Assembly: GCF_009834535.1 (NCBI RefSeq)
Contig: NC_045697.1
Location: forward strand, 32,676,001-32,740,000
Source of the DNA: Camelus ferus
Lineage: Eukaryota
Direction: 5' to 3'
DNA length: 64,000 nt
Both the position numbers and the translations under genes were made by a program. This document shows positions 14,120 to 28,400 of the stretch, one piece after another. Below the pieces are notes generated by a model that searched no databases, had not been told where the DNA came from, and saw only the letters and a program-made list of their open reading frames with translations. Every line of letters starts with the position of its first letter. Position 1 is the first letter of the stretch.

Positions 14120-14853
14120 ATATGGAGGTTCCTCAAAAAATTTAAAATAGAACTACCATATGATCCAGCAATCCCAGTACTGGGTATATTCCAAAAGAAA
14201 TGAGACAGGATATCAAGAGCTATCTGAACACTATGTTCATTGCAGTAATATTCACAATAGCTAAGATATGGAAACCATATAAGTGTCCATCAATGGATGA
14301 ATGGATAAAGAAGATATGATGTGTATATATATATATACACAACTATTATTCAGACATTAAAAAAAAGGACATCCTGCCATTTGGAACAACAAGGATGTAC
14401 CTTGAGGACATTATGCCACGTAAAATAAATCAGACAGAGAAAGAAGATATTACTTTCATGTGTAATCTAAAAAAGCTGAACCTGTAGAAAGAGAGACTAG
14501 ATTGATGGTTGCCTGAGTCTGAGGGATAGAGAAATAAGGAGATGTTGCTCAAAGGATACAAACTGCCAGTTGTAAGATAAGTCCTGGGGACTTAATGTAC
14601 AGCATGATGATTATAATTAATAATACTGTATTATATATTTGAAAGTTCCTAAGAGATTACATCCAAAATGTTTTCACCACAAAAAGAAATGGCAGTTATG
14701 TGATATAACTGAGATGTTACCTAATGCTATGATGGTAATCATTTTGCAATATATATGTCTGTCAAATCAATCTGATGTACACCTTAAATGTCCACAATGT
14801 TTAATATATATATACACACACACACACATCAATTATATCTTAATAAAGCCAGA
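14120..14853 (+). mobile_element. Older L1 3' end (L1MA-like)
   Basis: tatggaggttcctcaaaaaatttaaaatagaactaccatatgatccagcaatccc...tgtacaccttaaa...aattatatcttaataaagc. Confidence 0.85.
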
Positions 14854-16264
14854 AAATATAAATTATTGGCAAGTGTTATTTTGTCCATCACTTATATGCT
14901 TTTCCTACAAAAACTAAGCGTGGGAGTGGGTTCTCAACTGAGACTTACTAGGACAGATAATAAAAGATACAATAAGAGCCAAGAAGCACTGAACTGATAG
15001 CACATGAAGTGGATTCAATTCCTATCTATCTCTACCACTCACAGGCCTTGGTCCTTAAGGCTCACAGTATCATTTGTAGAACTAAAAATGGAAATACAGT
15101 TAAGTAGGTTATATGTTTAGTATAAATCTAGAAGGATGAATTTTACTAGCGCTAATAAAATTTATGATAAAGTATCACTTCTTTTCTAAAAGATATTTTT
15201 AGAACATAAGGGAGATATATACGTGAGAATTAATTATCTTCTACTGGTGTTCTGGTGACATTTGTACAATTTACTCCTATTTTTTTCCACATAATATTAT
15301 AAACTGGTTTAATTAATTATTTCACCATGTAAAAATAAGAATGAGAAAAGTCACTAAAAACATGAAAACAGATGACAGCCACTTGAACTGACTGTATAAA
15401 CCGAATCTGTAAGTTGGGAAGATTTGCGCTGGACACAAATTCATAAAAGAAATTTATGGCATATAGCAGATACTTAAAATTTAAATGTGAAAACTTAAAT
15501 GTGAATAAACTCTCAGAGGGAATACTTATAGGCCATGAAATACATATGCATTGATTAATTTTAAGGGATGCCTTAAAAATTGGTTTAAGGCATGCCTTAA
15601 AAAAAGAAAACAATTCATCCAAGCAGTTTGTATAGTCTGAATTTGTATCTCATTACAATCATCATGATTAGTTGAATTTTGATAAATAAGCCACAAAGGA
15701 AAAAAAAATCACTCCCTTGTTAATTTTATCCTATAATGATTTATTTTGAAAGATACAGCTCATCCTAATTTTTTTTCTCTCTCAATCTCTCTTCGCCCTT
15801 AGTGTGTGTATAAGTAAACCACACAATCTTAAAACATACTAGGAAAAAAGAATCCAAAATTTCTAATTACAAAGGCATTTATTATCTCTTCACTCTAACT
15901 GCAATACAATTTCATCCCTAGCCAATTTTTGCTTAACAGTATCACTGTTTCCTTTAAAACTTTCTACCAGTCTACTCTCTAATTAAGTTTAATATTAGTT
16001 CTTAAACATATATTGACTCAGTCCTTTAAACATCATACATAAAAATTACATTTCAGAAGAATTGTTGCCTAATAGAAGGTACAACTGGTCCGTCATTGTT
16101 TCAAGTCTGAAAGGAATGCTTTTTTTCTTTAGTGAGTGTTAACGATATTTACTGATCATGAACTATGTGCCGCGAAACAAATACAAGTGAATTATCACAA
16201 ATTTATTTATCTTGAATCAATGGATTAAAAGTAGATATGGGCATATTACTTCTGTTGAGACTTA

Positions 16265-16768
16265 TACTAGTCATCTATTGCTACATAATAAATTACCCCT
16301 CAAGTCAGTGACTTAAAACAACAATTATTATTTCAGTTTCTCTGGGTCAGTAATCTGGGCACATGTTAGCATTGTCTCTCACGGGGTCTCTCAAAGGCTA
16401 CACTCATGGGGGGCTGAGGTCTTAACTGAAGTTTCACTTACAAGCAGAATTATTGGCAAAATTAAGGTCCTTATAGATGCTGTCAAGTAACATCAGGTCC
16501 TTGCTATGTGCACTTCTCCATAAAACAGCTCACATGTCAACTGGCTTCCATCAGAATGAGAAAGAGAAGAGACAGCAAGACAGAAGCCAGAGTACTTTGT
16601 ATCCTAATCTCATAAGTACCATTCCATCACTTGCTGTGTTCATTAGAAGTGAATGAAGTGAATCACTGGATCAGCTTACATTCAAGGGGTAGAGGATTTA
16701 CAAGAACTTTCTTAAAAACCAGGATGTGGGAATTACGTGGGACCATCTTTGAGGTTGTCTACTGTAGA
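16265..16768 (-). mobile_element. MaLR LTR (MLT1-type)
   Basis: tagtcatctattgctacataataaattaccc...gacttaaaacaacaa...ggtcagtaatctgggcac is the characteristic MLT1 terminus read in reverse. Confidence 0.7.
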
Positions 16769-17411
16769 ACTGCAGGAAAAAAGGACAAGTACTGGTGTTT
16801 GAAGTTTTTAAGTTTTGTTTCATGAACACTTCTAGTTTAAAAGGTTGTAAAATTTTGTCAATTTATTGATGTTAAACATTTTGGAAAATCAAGATTCTAG
16901 CCAGTTTTATGTTTTGCCACAATTTTAAATATATGAATAATGCCTTCTTAATGTTTTTCATCTTGATTAGAAACAGTCACTTGGGCTCCAGTGATTTCCC
17001 ATAACTGCATATTTCATGTAATTGTTTTATAATTACATAGAAGTACTGAAATCTAAACAGAGCCAGAACTACAGATTATGTGTAATACAAAAATTAATAT
17101 TTTATAGCTACTTTATAGATTCCCATCTGTTTGGTCTCTTCAGTATTATTATTTGGTTGACTGCTTGTTATTTAGATTTTAAAGTAAAAATTATGCTTTA
17201 AATATATAGGTTCTACTAAACTGTCAAGTTATAGTTGTTTTCCTGCGCTTAGATAGTACAAGTGTTTTAGATAACTTTTTCTGATCTTAGATTATCTAAC
17301 ATATGTTTACACATAGAAGACAAAGCCGTATTTATAGCTATATGAATGTAGCCCAAATCTTGCTGCATTTGGGGAAAACATAATTCCTATAGCATTGCCA
17401 AAGGAAACACC

Positions 17412-17481
17412 CTTCTCCATAAAACAGCTCACATGTCAACTGGCTTCCATCAGAATGAGAAAGAGAAGAGTCAGCAAGACA
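17412..17481 (+). repeat. 70-bp near-perfect copy of 16513-16582
   Basis: 69/70 identical by direct comparison (single a/t difference at 16572/17471). Confidence 0.95.
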
Positions 17482-17809
17482 TCATGTCTTGTCATGACAT
17501 CACATTCATGTCATCCTAGTCCAAGTTATTAATCTTTATATGAACCTATACATATCTCTTTTAAGATACGTAATATATGAGTATTTGTAATACATAGTAT
17601 TTTTTATTTTAAGGTCAAAAGTTTTCCTTTTAGTTTGTGTTTAAAAAGGTACTGATTTTTTTCCAAACTACAAGTCATCTGCTTTTTCTATTGCTGTTTC
17701 TACTTTTATGAAGCTTTCTAAAACATTACAGATCTAAATTGTTAAACTCTGTTTTTCTATGTCATGTCTTCATATATGTCTTTAGACATATATGTCATAT
17801 GTCTTTAGA

Positions 17810-19060
17810 TTTGGATAATGTTTTTTGTCCTGAGTACCTGGATGAACAGTAGAGAAATTCACTGAAATGACAACGTCTATATACAGAACAGACAAGAGTT
17901 GAAGAAGATCAGAACTTGACTGAGAATGTGTTGAGTATGAGAGGTTTATTGGCTAATCACGTGGAGATATTGAATAGGAAACTGAATATGAGCCAGGATT
18001 TAAGGGAAAATAGACAGTTACCACCATACAAATAAATGCACAGCCATGAGACCTGACAGAATCATAGTTAATATTACTATATATGTACATTAGTAAAGGG
18101 CTTACTGCCAGATGCACATAGGAGCCAATACTATGGCACTGGCTTTTAAGAAAAGAAAAAGCCTTCTTGTAAGGTTGACTGGCAAGGAGACAGGATGTAG
18201 GGCTCAAATCTGTCTCTCTGGTGGCAAGCTAAGGTGAATATTGAATGTTAGGGCTTTGGAGTGGTGAAGAAAGGAGGAGAGTAGTTGGTTACAAAGTCCA
18301 AGGAAGTAACGTGAAGTTCTTATGGGCAGGTGCAGGCAACTTCCATGCCTCATCACGGGTTGCATGTGCCAGTTTTGGTGGGGGCTTTGATGTTAAACAT
18401 GTGAGGGAATTTGGGGCTGTGATGTGAAAAGGTCACCTATGGATAAGCAAGTCTATTCTGCACAGACTTGGTTCAGACATTGGTTCTATTCCGAGTTTCA
18501 TCCAGTTTTGTTGTGTTACAAACATAGGGAGTTTTATCCAGCTACTCCCTTATTTGTTGTTTTGTAAGAGTTCGAATTTCTGTTAGTCATCAGTTTCTGT
18601 TAACACTACCAGACATGGTTTCAGGATGGGATTTTTAACCCTGTGGGCATGGTTTCATACAAAAGATGAAGAAAAAAGCAAACTAACCAAAGAGATAAGC
18701 CTAGTATTGTTAAAGAACAGAGAGGGCATCTGAGAAGCCAGGTTAAGAATGTTTAAGAATGAGCAATTGTATCATTGCTACATATAGGTAAATAAGAAGA
18801 AGAATGAAACTTGACCTTGAATATACTGATATATTTCATTGTTGACATTGACAAAGTATATTTCATTGTTCCATTGAGGACAAAATTCTTACTGGAATGG
18901 GCTCAAGGCAAAATGAGAGAAGACAAAATGGGAACAATAGTATAGATAAATGTGTTTAGGGGTTTTAGGGTAAAAATATCAGAAAAAAAAAGTAGTAGTT
19001 ATATAGTGAGATATTCAGCCAAGAAGATTTATAGAAAATGTCCACTGTATTCAGCAAGAT
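17810..19060 (-). mobile_element. L2 relic interrupted by an LTR
   Basis: L2-like motifs (cctgagtacctggatgaac...gtggagatattgaataggaaactg...gccatgagacctga) on the left, continuing after 18657. Confidence 0.55.
18084..18657 (-). mobile_element. ERV1-type solo LTR
   Basis: Bounded by TG...TTTCA (reverse strand starts TGAAAC, like the 10.4-kb LTR). ggcaaggagacagga...ctcaaatctgtctc is typical of class I LTRs. Flanks tata/taca are a possible 4-bp TSD. Confidence 0.7.
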
Positions 19061-21107
19061 GAAGGACATTTGTTACGGTGACTTTTTTTTTTTTTTTTTT
19101 TTTAGTTCTGTAATAGTGATTAATGTGTAAGGGTAACAGATTTATCTGAAATCAAACAGTGGAAGAAAGACAGAAAGCTTAGAAAACTCTAGAGAAATAT
19201 TTGTATGAGTAAATCAAAGAACTATATAATGGAGTAGACAACAGTAAAAACATTAAAAAAGCCTGTTTCTTTAAAAAGTATAATATGATTTATAAATCTT
19301 TGGAAGCATTATTAAAGGAGAAACGAAAGAAAATATGAGTGAACAAAATTCATACTAAATAATGTAAAATAGCTTCTGTCATATAAGAGATTTATAAAAC
19401 AATAAAATAATATTATAAGAAATTTAGTCCTTGTAAATTTGCAGATATACTTGAAAGGAATACACTTATGTAAAAGTGTCACTAACTTTTTAGTAACTAT
19501 AAAATGAATTAAAATGTCACCACCTCATATTAAAATTCCTTAGTCCTGTGCGTTTCTTTTTTTTTGTTCCCCGGTGAATTCCACCTAACATTCAAGGGTT
19601 ATATAAGCTCATTGTAATACACATTGTATTTTTTAAGAAGCTTATGTAGCATTCATTTCAGAATCATAAGGAAAGTACAAGAATAGAAAATTAAAGTTCT
19701 TTTCAGTTATGAACATCCATTGGAATATTTTAGACAAACTTTTCAGTTAATTGAATCCCATGGTATATTAAAAACACTTTCTAAATTTAAGCAGAAAACA
19801 CAAACTAAAAGAACACATCAGCATGTAAGAAGAGCAGGAAGAATTCTGGGCAGCAAGAAGAGCAAATAAAAATTCTCAGTCTGGGAACATCTTGGAGTAT
19901 TCAAGAAATCTAAAGAAAGGAAACACAGTAACATCTGTCAGACACAGCGAAATAACAAGCTTCAGGTTATTGGCAATTTCAGCACCAGATTGGGCTATGT
20001 GTCTTCAAATATGTCTGTATTTTTGCAAAGCTGAGTTTTGGGTGATGCTGTGATAAAAAGGAAGTATCCTATGAAAATCAGAATGGAAGAGGAAGTGAGA
20101 GTGGTGATGTCCAGCTTGAATACAAGATTTAAGAAGATGTACAAAATCCAACAAACACATTCCACTGGAGAAAATGCAAAAATGAATATGTAGTTTTGGG
20201 TGTTCCAAGCATGGTGAAGATGCAGAAATGAATGAAAAATCAGAAGAGTGGCAAGATCACACTTTCACTCAATAGCTCAAGATGAGCACTTTTAAGTTCT
20301 TCTCATAGGTTGAAAAGATAAAATCCAATAGATGCACAAAGATCCAAACACAGATAGCCAAGGCTAACTGAGTATTTGTACTCCTTCCATGTCACTGAGT
20401 ATCTATAAAAAATGTTTATGAATCGGGAGAGGAAACTATTTTGTCTAGTTTCCCAAGAAGCAGATATATATAATTGAAACAAATAACAGAACGTCTAGTA
20501 AGAATCAGACATTAATTCTTGCTGACTTTAAAATCACCAGAACACTTCATGATCATAAAAAAATAATAAAATTCAATACTGAGTGTTGGGTGGGGAGAAT
20601 ATTGATCAGAATGCTTATCACTTCTATCATTATATTTATTAATTTAATAGGGTTATTATATCTACCTCTACATCTACAGTACTAAGGTTAAAGTTAAAAC
20701 CAATGTTTTAGAACAAAGATAAAATAACTATCCATTATTTTTTTTTACTTTTTGTTATACTACATGCTCAAAAATATGCATATTCATAATAAATTGGAAG
20801 GAAAACATAGGTTGTATCATCTTAGAAGATGTCTCTTTTGAGAAGTCAGATCTGATATCAAACTAGAGAGAGTAAAAACTGTGTTTGAAAGCCAAATGTA
20901 AGAGCACTTTTCCTAAATTTTTCTATTTTTAGAATCCTCACCCATTCTTCTGCACAAGATGCTATTTACCTTACAGAACTAGCAGAAAGAAGGATATAGG
21001 ACAGAATACAAAAAGAGAAGAGTTTCTAGTTCAAAATCCCAAGTGATACCTATGCAGTGAAGTACAGAACTTCAGAATGTTTATATTTCTCACACGTACT
21101 TATGGAA

Positions 21108-21315
21108 TTGCTTTGTCCAACAGGGTAGCCACTAACAACAATGGACTTCTCGAATTAGAGTTAATTAATTAAATTTAAATATGATTGAAAATTTAGTTCT
21201 TTAGCCACATATTTCAACTGCTCAATAGCCACATTTGGCTACTGGCTCTTATATTGAAGAGTAAAGATGCAGAATATCACAACTGTTGCATAAGGTTCTA
21301 CTGGGCAGGGCTGCT
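21108..21315 (-). mobile_element. MER3 (hAT-Charlie) non-autonomous DNA transposon
   Basis: tgtccaacagggtagccacta...ctcaatagccacatttggctactggct...ttctactgggcagggctg matches the MER3 palindromic structure. Confidence 0.75.
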
Positions 21316-23774
21316 ATAAAATGAATGAAATATGGGAGAGCATCAATCCCATACTAACTATATACTACAACATTACAGCAATCCTTTTTCTAGATAATTT
21401 TATTTTCTTCAGTATGCTTTGAAAACATACAAATAGGCAAATCAACAATACAGAATTTATACAAATCCATGTATATATAAGAAATTGATATATGATTAAT
21501 GATGTTCCATAATTAAGTGGTGAAATGATGGACATTTTAGTAGATGCTATGAAGAAAATCTGCAGAATATATGGAGAAAAATAAGATTAAAATTAGAACT
21601 ACCATATGATTCAGCAATCTACCTTTGAATGTATATTGAAAGGAAGTGAAAACAAGATCTTGAAGAGATCTTAAAAATTGAAGGGCAAAGGAACAAAAAA
21701 CTGATATTAAATTGAAAAAAAATGAACAGAATATTTACAAAAAATACATAAAAAAATATTCAGGCTCACTCAAAGGTAAGTCATGCATATCTGGAATGAT
21801 ACCACTGAACCAAATTGGGGGAAAATCTTGTATTTGAAAGCAGAATTCTCTCATCTGTCAGTTTAATGTCTCTATGGCTTATAATGGAATATGTGAGATA
21901 TAAGGTGTTGTAAACTTGTAGTTTGAACTGGGGGGTGAATGGATTTTAAAAGAATGCTGAAGAGAGATGCTATTAGATAGCTAGCTAGCTATATTATTTT
22001 TCTTTAGGAAAACTTACTCCTGGCAGCTGGTTTGATTAATTCCCTGATACCTGCTTGCACACAATAATAGTCACAGTTCACTGAAAGTAAAAAGCATGAC
22101 AACACATTCTGTTTGTGAGGCTTAAGGAAACAAGTATTCTCATACATGGTAAACATTAAAGCTGGTGCCTGTTGTGTTAGGTTGGGTTCTCAAGAAACAG
22201 ATGCCATGATGGAGAGTGACCTACTGGGATCAATACCTGTGAAAAGGAGGAAGAAAAGAAATTTGGACCAAGGAAGAAGTTTAACTATGATACAAGACCA
22301 ACAATATCTCAGCCAGTCTACAGGAAGCCCTGGAATATCTTTAACCCCTAAGAATTGTTTCTTGGAAGCTGAAATAGACAAGTCTTTATACTTTTGCTTT
22401 GACTAGTTATCCAATCAGCGTGGCCCCTGGTTCTCTGCCCCTGAGTGAGATCCTAATGGTGTTAACAATTAGAGTCTGTCTGCTGACAGCTGGGGCCGCA
22501 AGTAGTTCTTGGACAAGGAATCTGAGAGACTGTTTCCATTACAGTACTTATAACGAGGGAATCAGGAATAGAAAAGAAAATAATGGTAATGTGTGATGTC
22601 CTCAGGAGTATTCTTTAGTCAAGTTTACTGAATCTAGGGTTATTTACATGACACAGAGTTAATTCTTGGGTCAGCCTTTTGCCCTTTGGGGATTCACATC
22701 ATTTCCCCAAGCCACTATGTTCTTAATTGATCTATAAAACAGCAATGATAATACTTTTCTCATAAAGTACCTCTGAGGTGCAGATACTTCCGATCACTTT
22801 GAGGCTTGAAACTTGGTTTTAAAACTTTTATATGCAATGAAGTATTATATTATAGTCGCTGGGTAGGTTTCTTTGTTGTTAAATGTGCTAAAACACATTA
22901 GAAGTCTGATTATTCTAGTAAAAGCTGACAATACCAAAGCTCAGTCAAAAAAAGAATTTAGACAATGGAATAGAAGGACTGAAAGCTCAATGGAAAGAAT
23001 TATCAGGTACATTAGATCCCAAGTTCAGAGAAGTCAAGTAGAAAGATTCATAATCTAAGAAAGTAAAGTTCAGAAAGACAAATGAAATGAGTATTCTTTA
23101 TTAAGGACCTTCTATATGCTAGGCACTGAAGTAGGCATTAAAAATATTTTTCTCACTTATATGCACATTAACTGGGTGAGTTAAGAATTATTACTGCAAA
23201 CTTATAGAAGAAGCAACTGAAGTAGAGGGCAGCTCAGACCAAACAGCTAGTAAGTGGTGATTCTATACTCAGTGTCAGTCACCCTGGGCCCAAAGCCCTC
23301 ATTCTTTTCAGTTAATAATTTCACTATTAAAAGCTAATGTTAAGCCAAAGTCTGTCTGTACTTTGTGGTCACTGTACCAAACAATGATGAATCAAATCCT
23401 TTATTCCTGGTTGTGGAACTTTGTTATTTTTCTCAAAAATTAGCATGGCACATAATTGATATTCTATTGGTTGGATCATTGGTCAGGTAGGCACTGGTTA
23501 TTTTTCCATCCTCGGTATGCAGCACATGGAATATAAGGTAAGAAATGAAAATTATAGGAAACTGAGCTGAGTGTCAAAGTGGATCAGAAATAATGTTAAA
23601 ATAGCTCAGTGCAGAGTCAAAGAAAATGAGAATGATTATATTTGAGGGTAAAGCAGAAAGGGAACCAGGCAGAGGGTGATGCCAAAACATCAAACCAAAT
23701 GCTCTGGATTTAAAGGTAGAAACCAAATGATCGCTTATAGGATAGAAACCAGACACAAAACTTAAATAAATGAC

Positions 23775-24610
23775 AATGAGCTATGACTATACTCCTATTA
23801 GATTGGCCAAAATAAAGAACATTGACAACAACAAACTCTGACACTTATACAGAGCAACAGGAACTCTTACTCATTACTTATGGGAATGCAAAATGGTACA
23901 GGCACTTTGGAAGTTTGCTGGTTTCTTAAAAAACTAAACATACCCTTACAATATGATTCAGCAATCACACTCCTTGGTATCTACCCAAAGGAGATGAAAA
24001 ATTGTGTCTACACAAAAACCTGTACATGGATGTTTATAGCAGTCTTATTCATAATTGCCAAAACTTAGAAGCAATCAAGATGTATTTCAGTAAGTGAATG
24101 GATACATAAATTGTGACAACGTAATATTATTCAGTTCTAAAAAGAAATGAACTATCAGGCCATAAAAAGACATGAAGGAAACTTATTACTAAGTGAAAGA
24201 AGGTCATCTAAAAAGGCTACCCAACCTATGACATTCTAGAAAAGACAAAACCTTGGAGACAGTATAAAGATCAGTTGTTGCCAGGGGTTAGGGAGTGATA
24301 AATAATCAGAGACAGAGCATTTTGGGGGCAATAAAAATACTCTATATGATACTATAATGGTGGTACATGTCATTATACATTTGTCCAAACCTAGAAAATG
24401 TACAAAACCAAGAGTGAACCAAAATGTAAACTATGAGCTTTGGATGGTAATGATGTATCAATGCAAGTTCATCAACTGCAACATGTACCACTCTGGTGGG
24501 GGATGTTGATAATGGGGGAGGCTATGGGTGAATGCAAGCAGGGGGTATATGTGTCCCTTTCACTTAATTTTATTGTGAACTTAATACCTCTTTAAAAAAG
24601 AAAGTCTATT
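23775..24610 (+). mobile_element. L1MC-type 3' end
   Basis: ORF 23880..24068 is the L1 ORF2 C-terminus (YDSAITLLGIYPKE...KTCTWMFIA). The 3' UTR acatgtcattatacatttgtccaaacc is L1MC-like. Confidence 0.85.
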
Positions 24611-25419
24611 TTGAAAAAACAAACAAACAAACAAAACAAAAACAACTATTACATAAATTTGGATAGGACATTTTCTGTGGTGTCAGTGTAGTTACAAGGA
24701 CATTTTCTGGGACACTCCAGGCCTTGCCTTTAAGTAAAATGAGAACTAGTAAGGGCTCCAAACCAACTTGTTCAGTTCTCTGCTGTTAAGTCCCTTATAA
24801 GTCATCTAGAGCAACATTCATAACATGGGAGTAAGGAAACTGCGGCTCAGAGAGGTTAATTTGTATCAAGTGACAGAGCTGTTTTATGGGAGTCTCCACT
24901 GTACAAAACTTCAGTATCTAATATGAGAAGTGCCAATGTCAGTAATGATGGCTTTATTTGATAGAAAATTAGCTGTGTATTATAAAGGTATGCTAACTAA
25001 GCAAATTTCACCCTTCACAGCATGGGAAGGAACTTCACTTAGGAAATTAAGTGACAATTAAAGGCCACTGTAATAATGTGTTAAAAAGTCCAAAATCAAG
25101 ATGTGGCATCTATAAATTCAGTATTCCTTCCATTTTTGTTTATTTGACTTCTATAATAGAATGGTATTTATTCAATAATAGAGATCTGAGGTTAAACGTA
25201 TTCGTAAAATAAAGTATTTTACATAGCATTCTTGGAGATTCACAATATGCATCAATGTAGTAAAGGAAATAATATTTTGTTGTTGCAAAATAATATTACA
25301 TATGCACAGTTAGCTCTCAGTCACTTAGCTAATAAAAAGGCACTTAATTTTGTGAAAGTGTATTTTCACTAAATAATATTTTGCTACATAAATAATGTCT
25401 CAAGTCTACAGCAGTTCAG

Positions 25420-25675
25420 AAGCAGACAGTCACTAGTTATTAACCATGCTCAGGCTCTGGGACCAAATTCTGGGGTCAAATCCTTGCCCTGACACTCATT
25501 AGCCATGTGACATGGGAAAAATTTCTTAGTCCTTCTAGGCTTTAGTAACTATTAGACAGAAATAATAATTTGATATACCTCATAGACTTTTGAGAATTAA
25601 ATCAGTTAATATCTATAAAAGACTTTGAACAGTACTTGGCACAGAGCTCTCACACAATGCATGTTAGCTGCTGGA
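25420..25675 (+). mobile_element. MIR SINE
   Basis: caggctctgggaccaaattctggggtcaaatcc...agccatgtgacatgggaaa...tacttggcacagag. Confidence 0.7.
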
Positions 25676-27059
25676 ATTATCACTCCTTAGCATGCAGGGA
25701 AAACATCCAGAAAATGAGAAGGCTTCCTTTGGAACCTAGGTCTTTGTCCATCTCTCCATTTTTTTCTCTCTCTTCTTTGTGTTTTTTCCCCAATATTCTC
25801 TTTCTCTTGTTCATTTATTTTCCCTTGTCTATCGTAAGAAGCAGAGTGTGGGCATAGATAAGTTTAGGATGTCTGACATTAGAGTCAGAGATTGAGGGGA
25901 GAAAAAATAAATGAAAAATGAGAAGAAAGAGAAAAACAAACAGAAAGGGATACTCAGATGAAAAAGGACATAAAATTAAACAAATAATTTCATGGAGTTA
26001 CAGCCTTATAGTTTCAGAATTCCCAGTAGTGAAATATCCAACTTTTATTGTACAAGGTGGGCTACTTGTAGGATTCACAGAATGGCAAAACGAGTTTTAC
26101 TTGCTTATGAGTGTGACACCCGATATGACAGTTTCAGCATCCTAACACAGTACTAAGTGACATTATAGTTTCTAGCTCACTTGTTTTGTTTGTTGTTACA
26201 TAATAATTTAAACTTACATTATTTACTATAAAAATAATACTTTTTGCATAATTAAAACTATATTCCAGGAGGTACTTACTTATTGAGTTTCTTTTTAATT
26301 TAGTTTCTATTATTTTGTGAAAACTGCCTTCCAGAATATTGAAAGATATGTTTCTTCTCTGATTATAGAGATTCAACTTTTTTTCTAGTGAAATTCATTA
26401 CCAATATGGGATATGACAAAAATATATTCAAGCAATATTATGACAAAATAGCACATGATTACTTAAAAGTACTGATTTACCTGAAGGCAAACTATATTAG
26501 GAACAACTGAAAAGTAGATTTCAGAAGATAATTAAAAACTGAGCTTCCTGGAAGAATTATCAACCTTTAGAAAAAAATCATTATTAGAATAAATAGTACT
26601 ATAGAAAGGTTTTCACAGTATGGAAATAAATATGATATACAGTCTAAAATTAATCAGGCTGAGAGGCAATGCTAAAAAGTCAAACAGATGGTATTGAGAA
26701 CAGTATTCACAGACATGGAAAATGACTCAGACACCAGGTAATGGAAATAACAATTATACTTAATAGCAGACAGCAGTGTAGGTGTGAGCTGCTACTTGAA
26801 CAGAGGAGAGAAGCATTATTCAAAATCGTTTTTTTTTTATTGTAAAATATGACAAAAAAGGAAAAGATGGAATTTATTCCAAAAACATTGCAGAGAAAAA
26901 AACTAACATTCAGAAGACAGTTCAAACATGGCTTACTGGCAAATCTAGAAATACCTGTATATATGAAATTTTCTTCTAAATGCCTGCATTTTAAATTTAA
27001 TATTTCTGAGATAATGTTTTCAACACAAATGCAACATACATTAGTAGAACTAATATATT

Positions 27060-27329
27060 AGAAAAAATTACTTGGAAAGTAACTAAAATATGAGATTATT
27101 GTAAAATAATATAGTGGATTTCAAAGACTTCATATAGAAAAATGTAAAACATTTCATTTATAGTCCTTTTTTTGATTACAAGTTGGATTGAGAATTATCT
27201 TTGATAAGATGTTAAATAAAATATATTACAAAATTTAATTTTATCTGTATCTTTTTATTTTTTAAAAGTGTGGTTAACAAAAAGTATGAAATTAAATAGC
27301 TCTAATAATCTCTCAATTGGGCAGAGCTG
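27060..27329 (-). mobile_element. MER33/Charlie1-type hAT relic
   Basis: gttaaataaaatatattacaaaatttaattttatctgtatcttttt...attgggcagagctg resembles the reverse-complemented MER33 end. Confidence 0.55.
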
Positions 27330-28249
27330 ATAGAGATGGTGGTTTGAAAACTGTGATATATTTCCTTGAGAAATGGTTCCATGTACTCTAAAAAAAAAAA
27401 TTAAAAGTTGATTTCTTCTCATGACATCAAATCTGGCCTTAACAATGACAATTAAGACACTAACAAAGACTTCTGGATAACATTTTGGAGATCAACAAAT
27501 TGATTACTTTTTTTCATTCTATATATATTTTATTTATGTGTATCATAGTAACTTTGTATAATTAAATCAGTTAGATTTGAACTTTAATCCTACCACTTCC
27601 TAGTTTTCCAAGATCTTTAAACCCTCTAAGCCTATATACACATCAGTTAACTGAAAAAAACAAAAAACAAACAAAAAAATAACCTTCTAGTATTTTATGA
27701 TTGCTGGTTGAAGTTTTTAAGAATTTAAGTAATCTGTATCACATTCAGTTCATATTAATAAATTACTATTATCAGATAATATTTTTGTTATTGATATTAT
27801 TAGAAACTTTAGATTTTTTCTGAGCTTATGAATACCTGGAATGGCTGGCTGACTGGCAGTCTCTATTTAACCTTCTTTTTGTTTTTTTTCCCCCTACCAA
27901 AGTTATAAAGAACACAGCAGGGAAATCACCAGCTAGAGCATGAAGGTAAAGCTATTTTGCATTCATCTTCCCTTCAGGAGGAAATATTGAAATGCCAGTT
28001 GCTGCACTGCCTGATACACTGTGAAATCATTTACTGCCCATTGGGATTAAGAGACCTGGTGATGTGTTGCCTTTTCTGAATATAACTTCCCTGAGAGAGT
28101 TGCTGTAACGTAGCCATCTGTTTGGGTATCATGGTTGGGACATATTTTAGAAGCCTATCTTCCTTTTCCCTATTTCTCAACATGGGCATTTTTACATGCA
28201 TAAACCTATGTCTTAAACTGTTTTGCTCAGAGCACCCAAATCAAGAGAG

Positions 28250-28400
28250 CAATGGATTGAGAGTCAGGAGACCTAGTTTCTATTCCAGGCTCAGCCACTA
28301 ATGAATTCTGTGACTTTAGAATCACTTAATGTCTCCTGCCCTTAATTTCTTCATGCGTACAAAAAAAAAGAGTTTGAACTGAAAATTTTAAAACATTCCT
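28250..28400 (+). mobile_element. MIR SINE fragment
   Basis: gagtcaggagacctagtttctattccaggctcagccactaa...tgtgacttt...tcacttaatgtctc. Confidence 0.65.
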
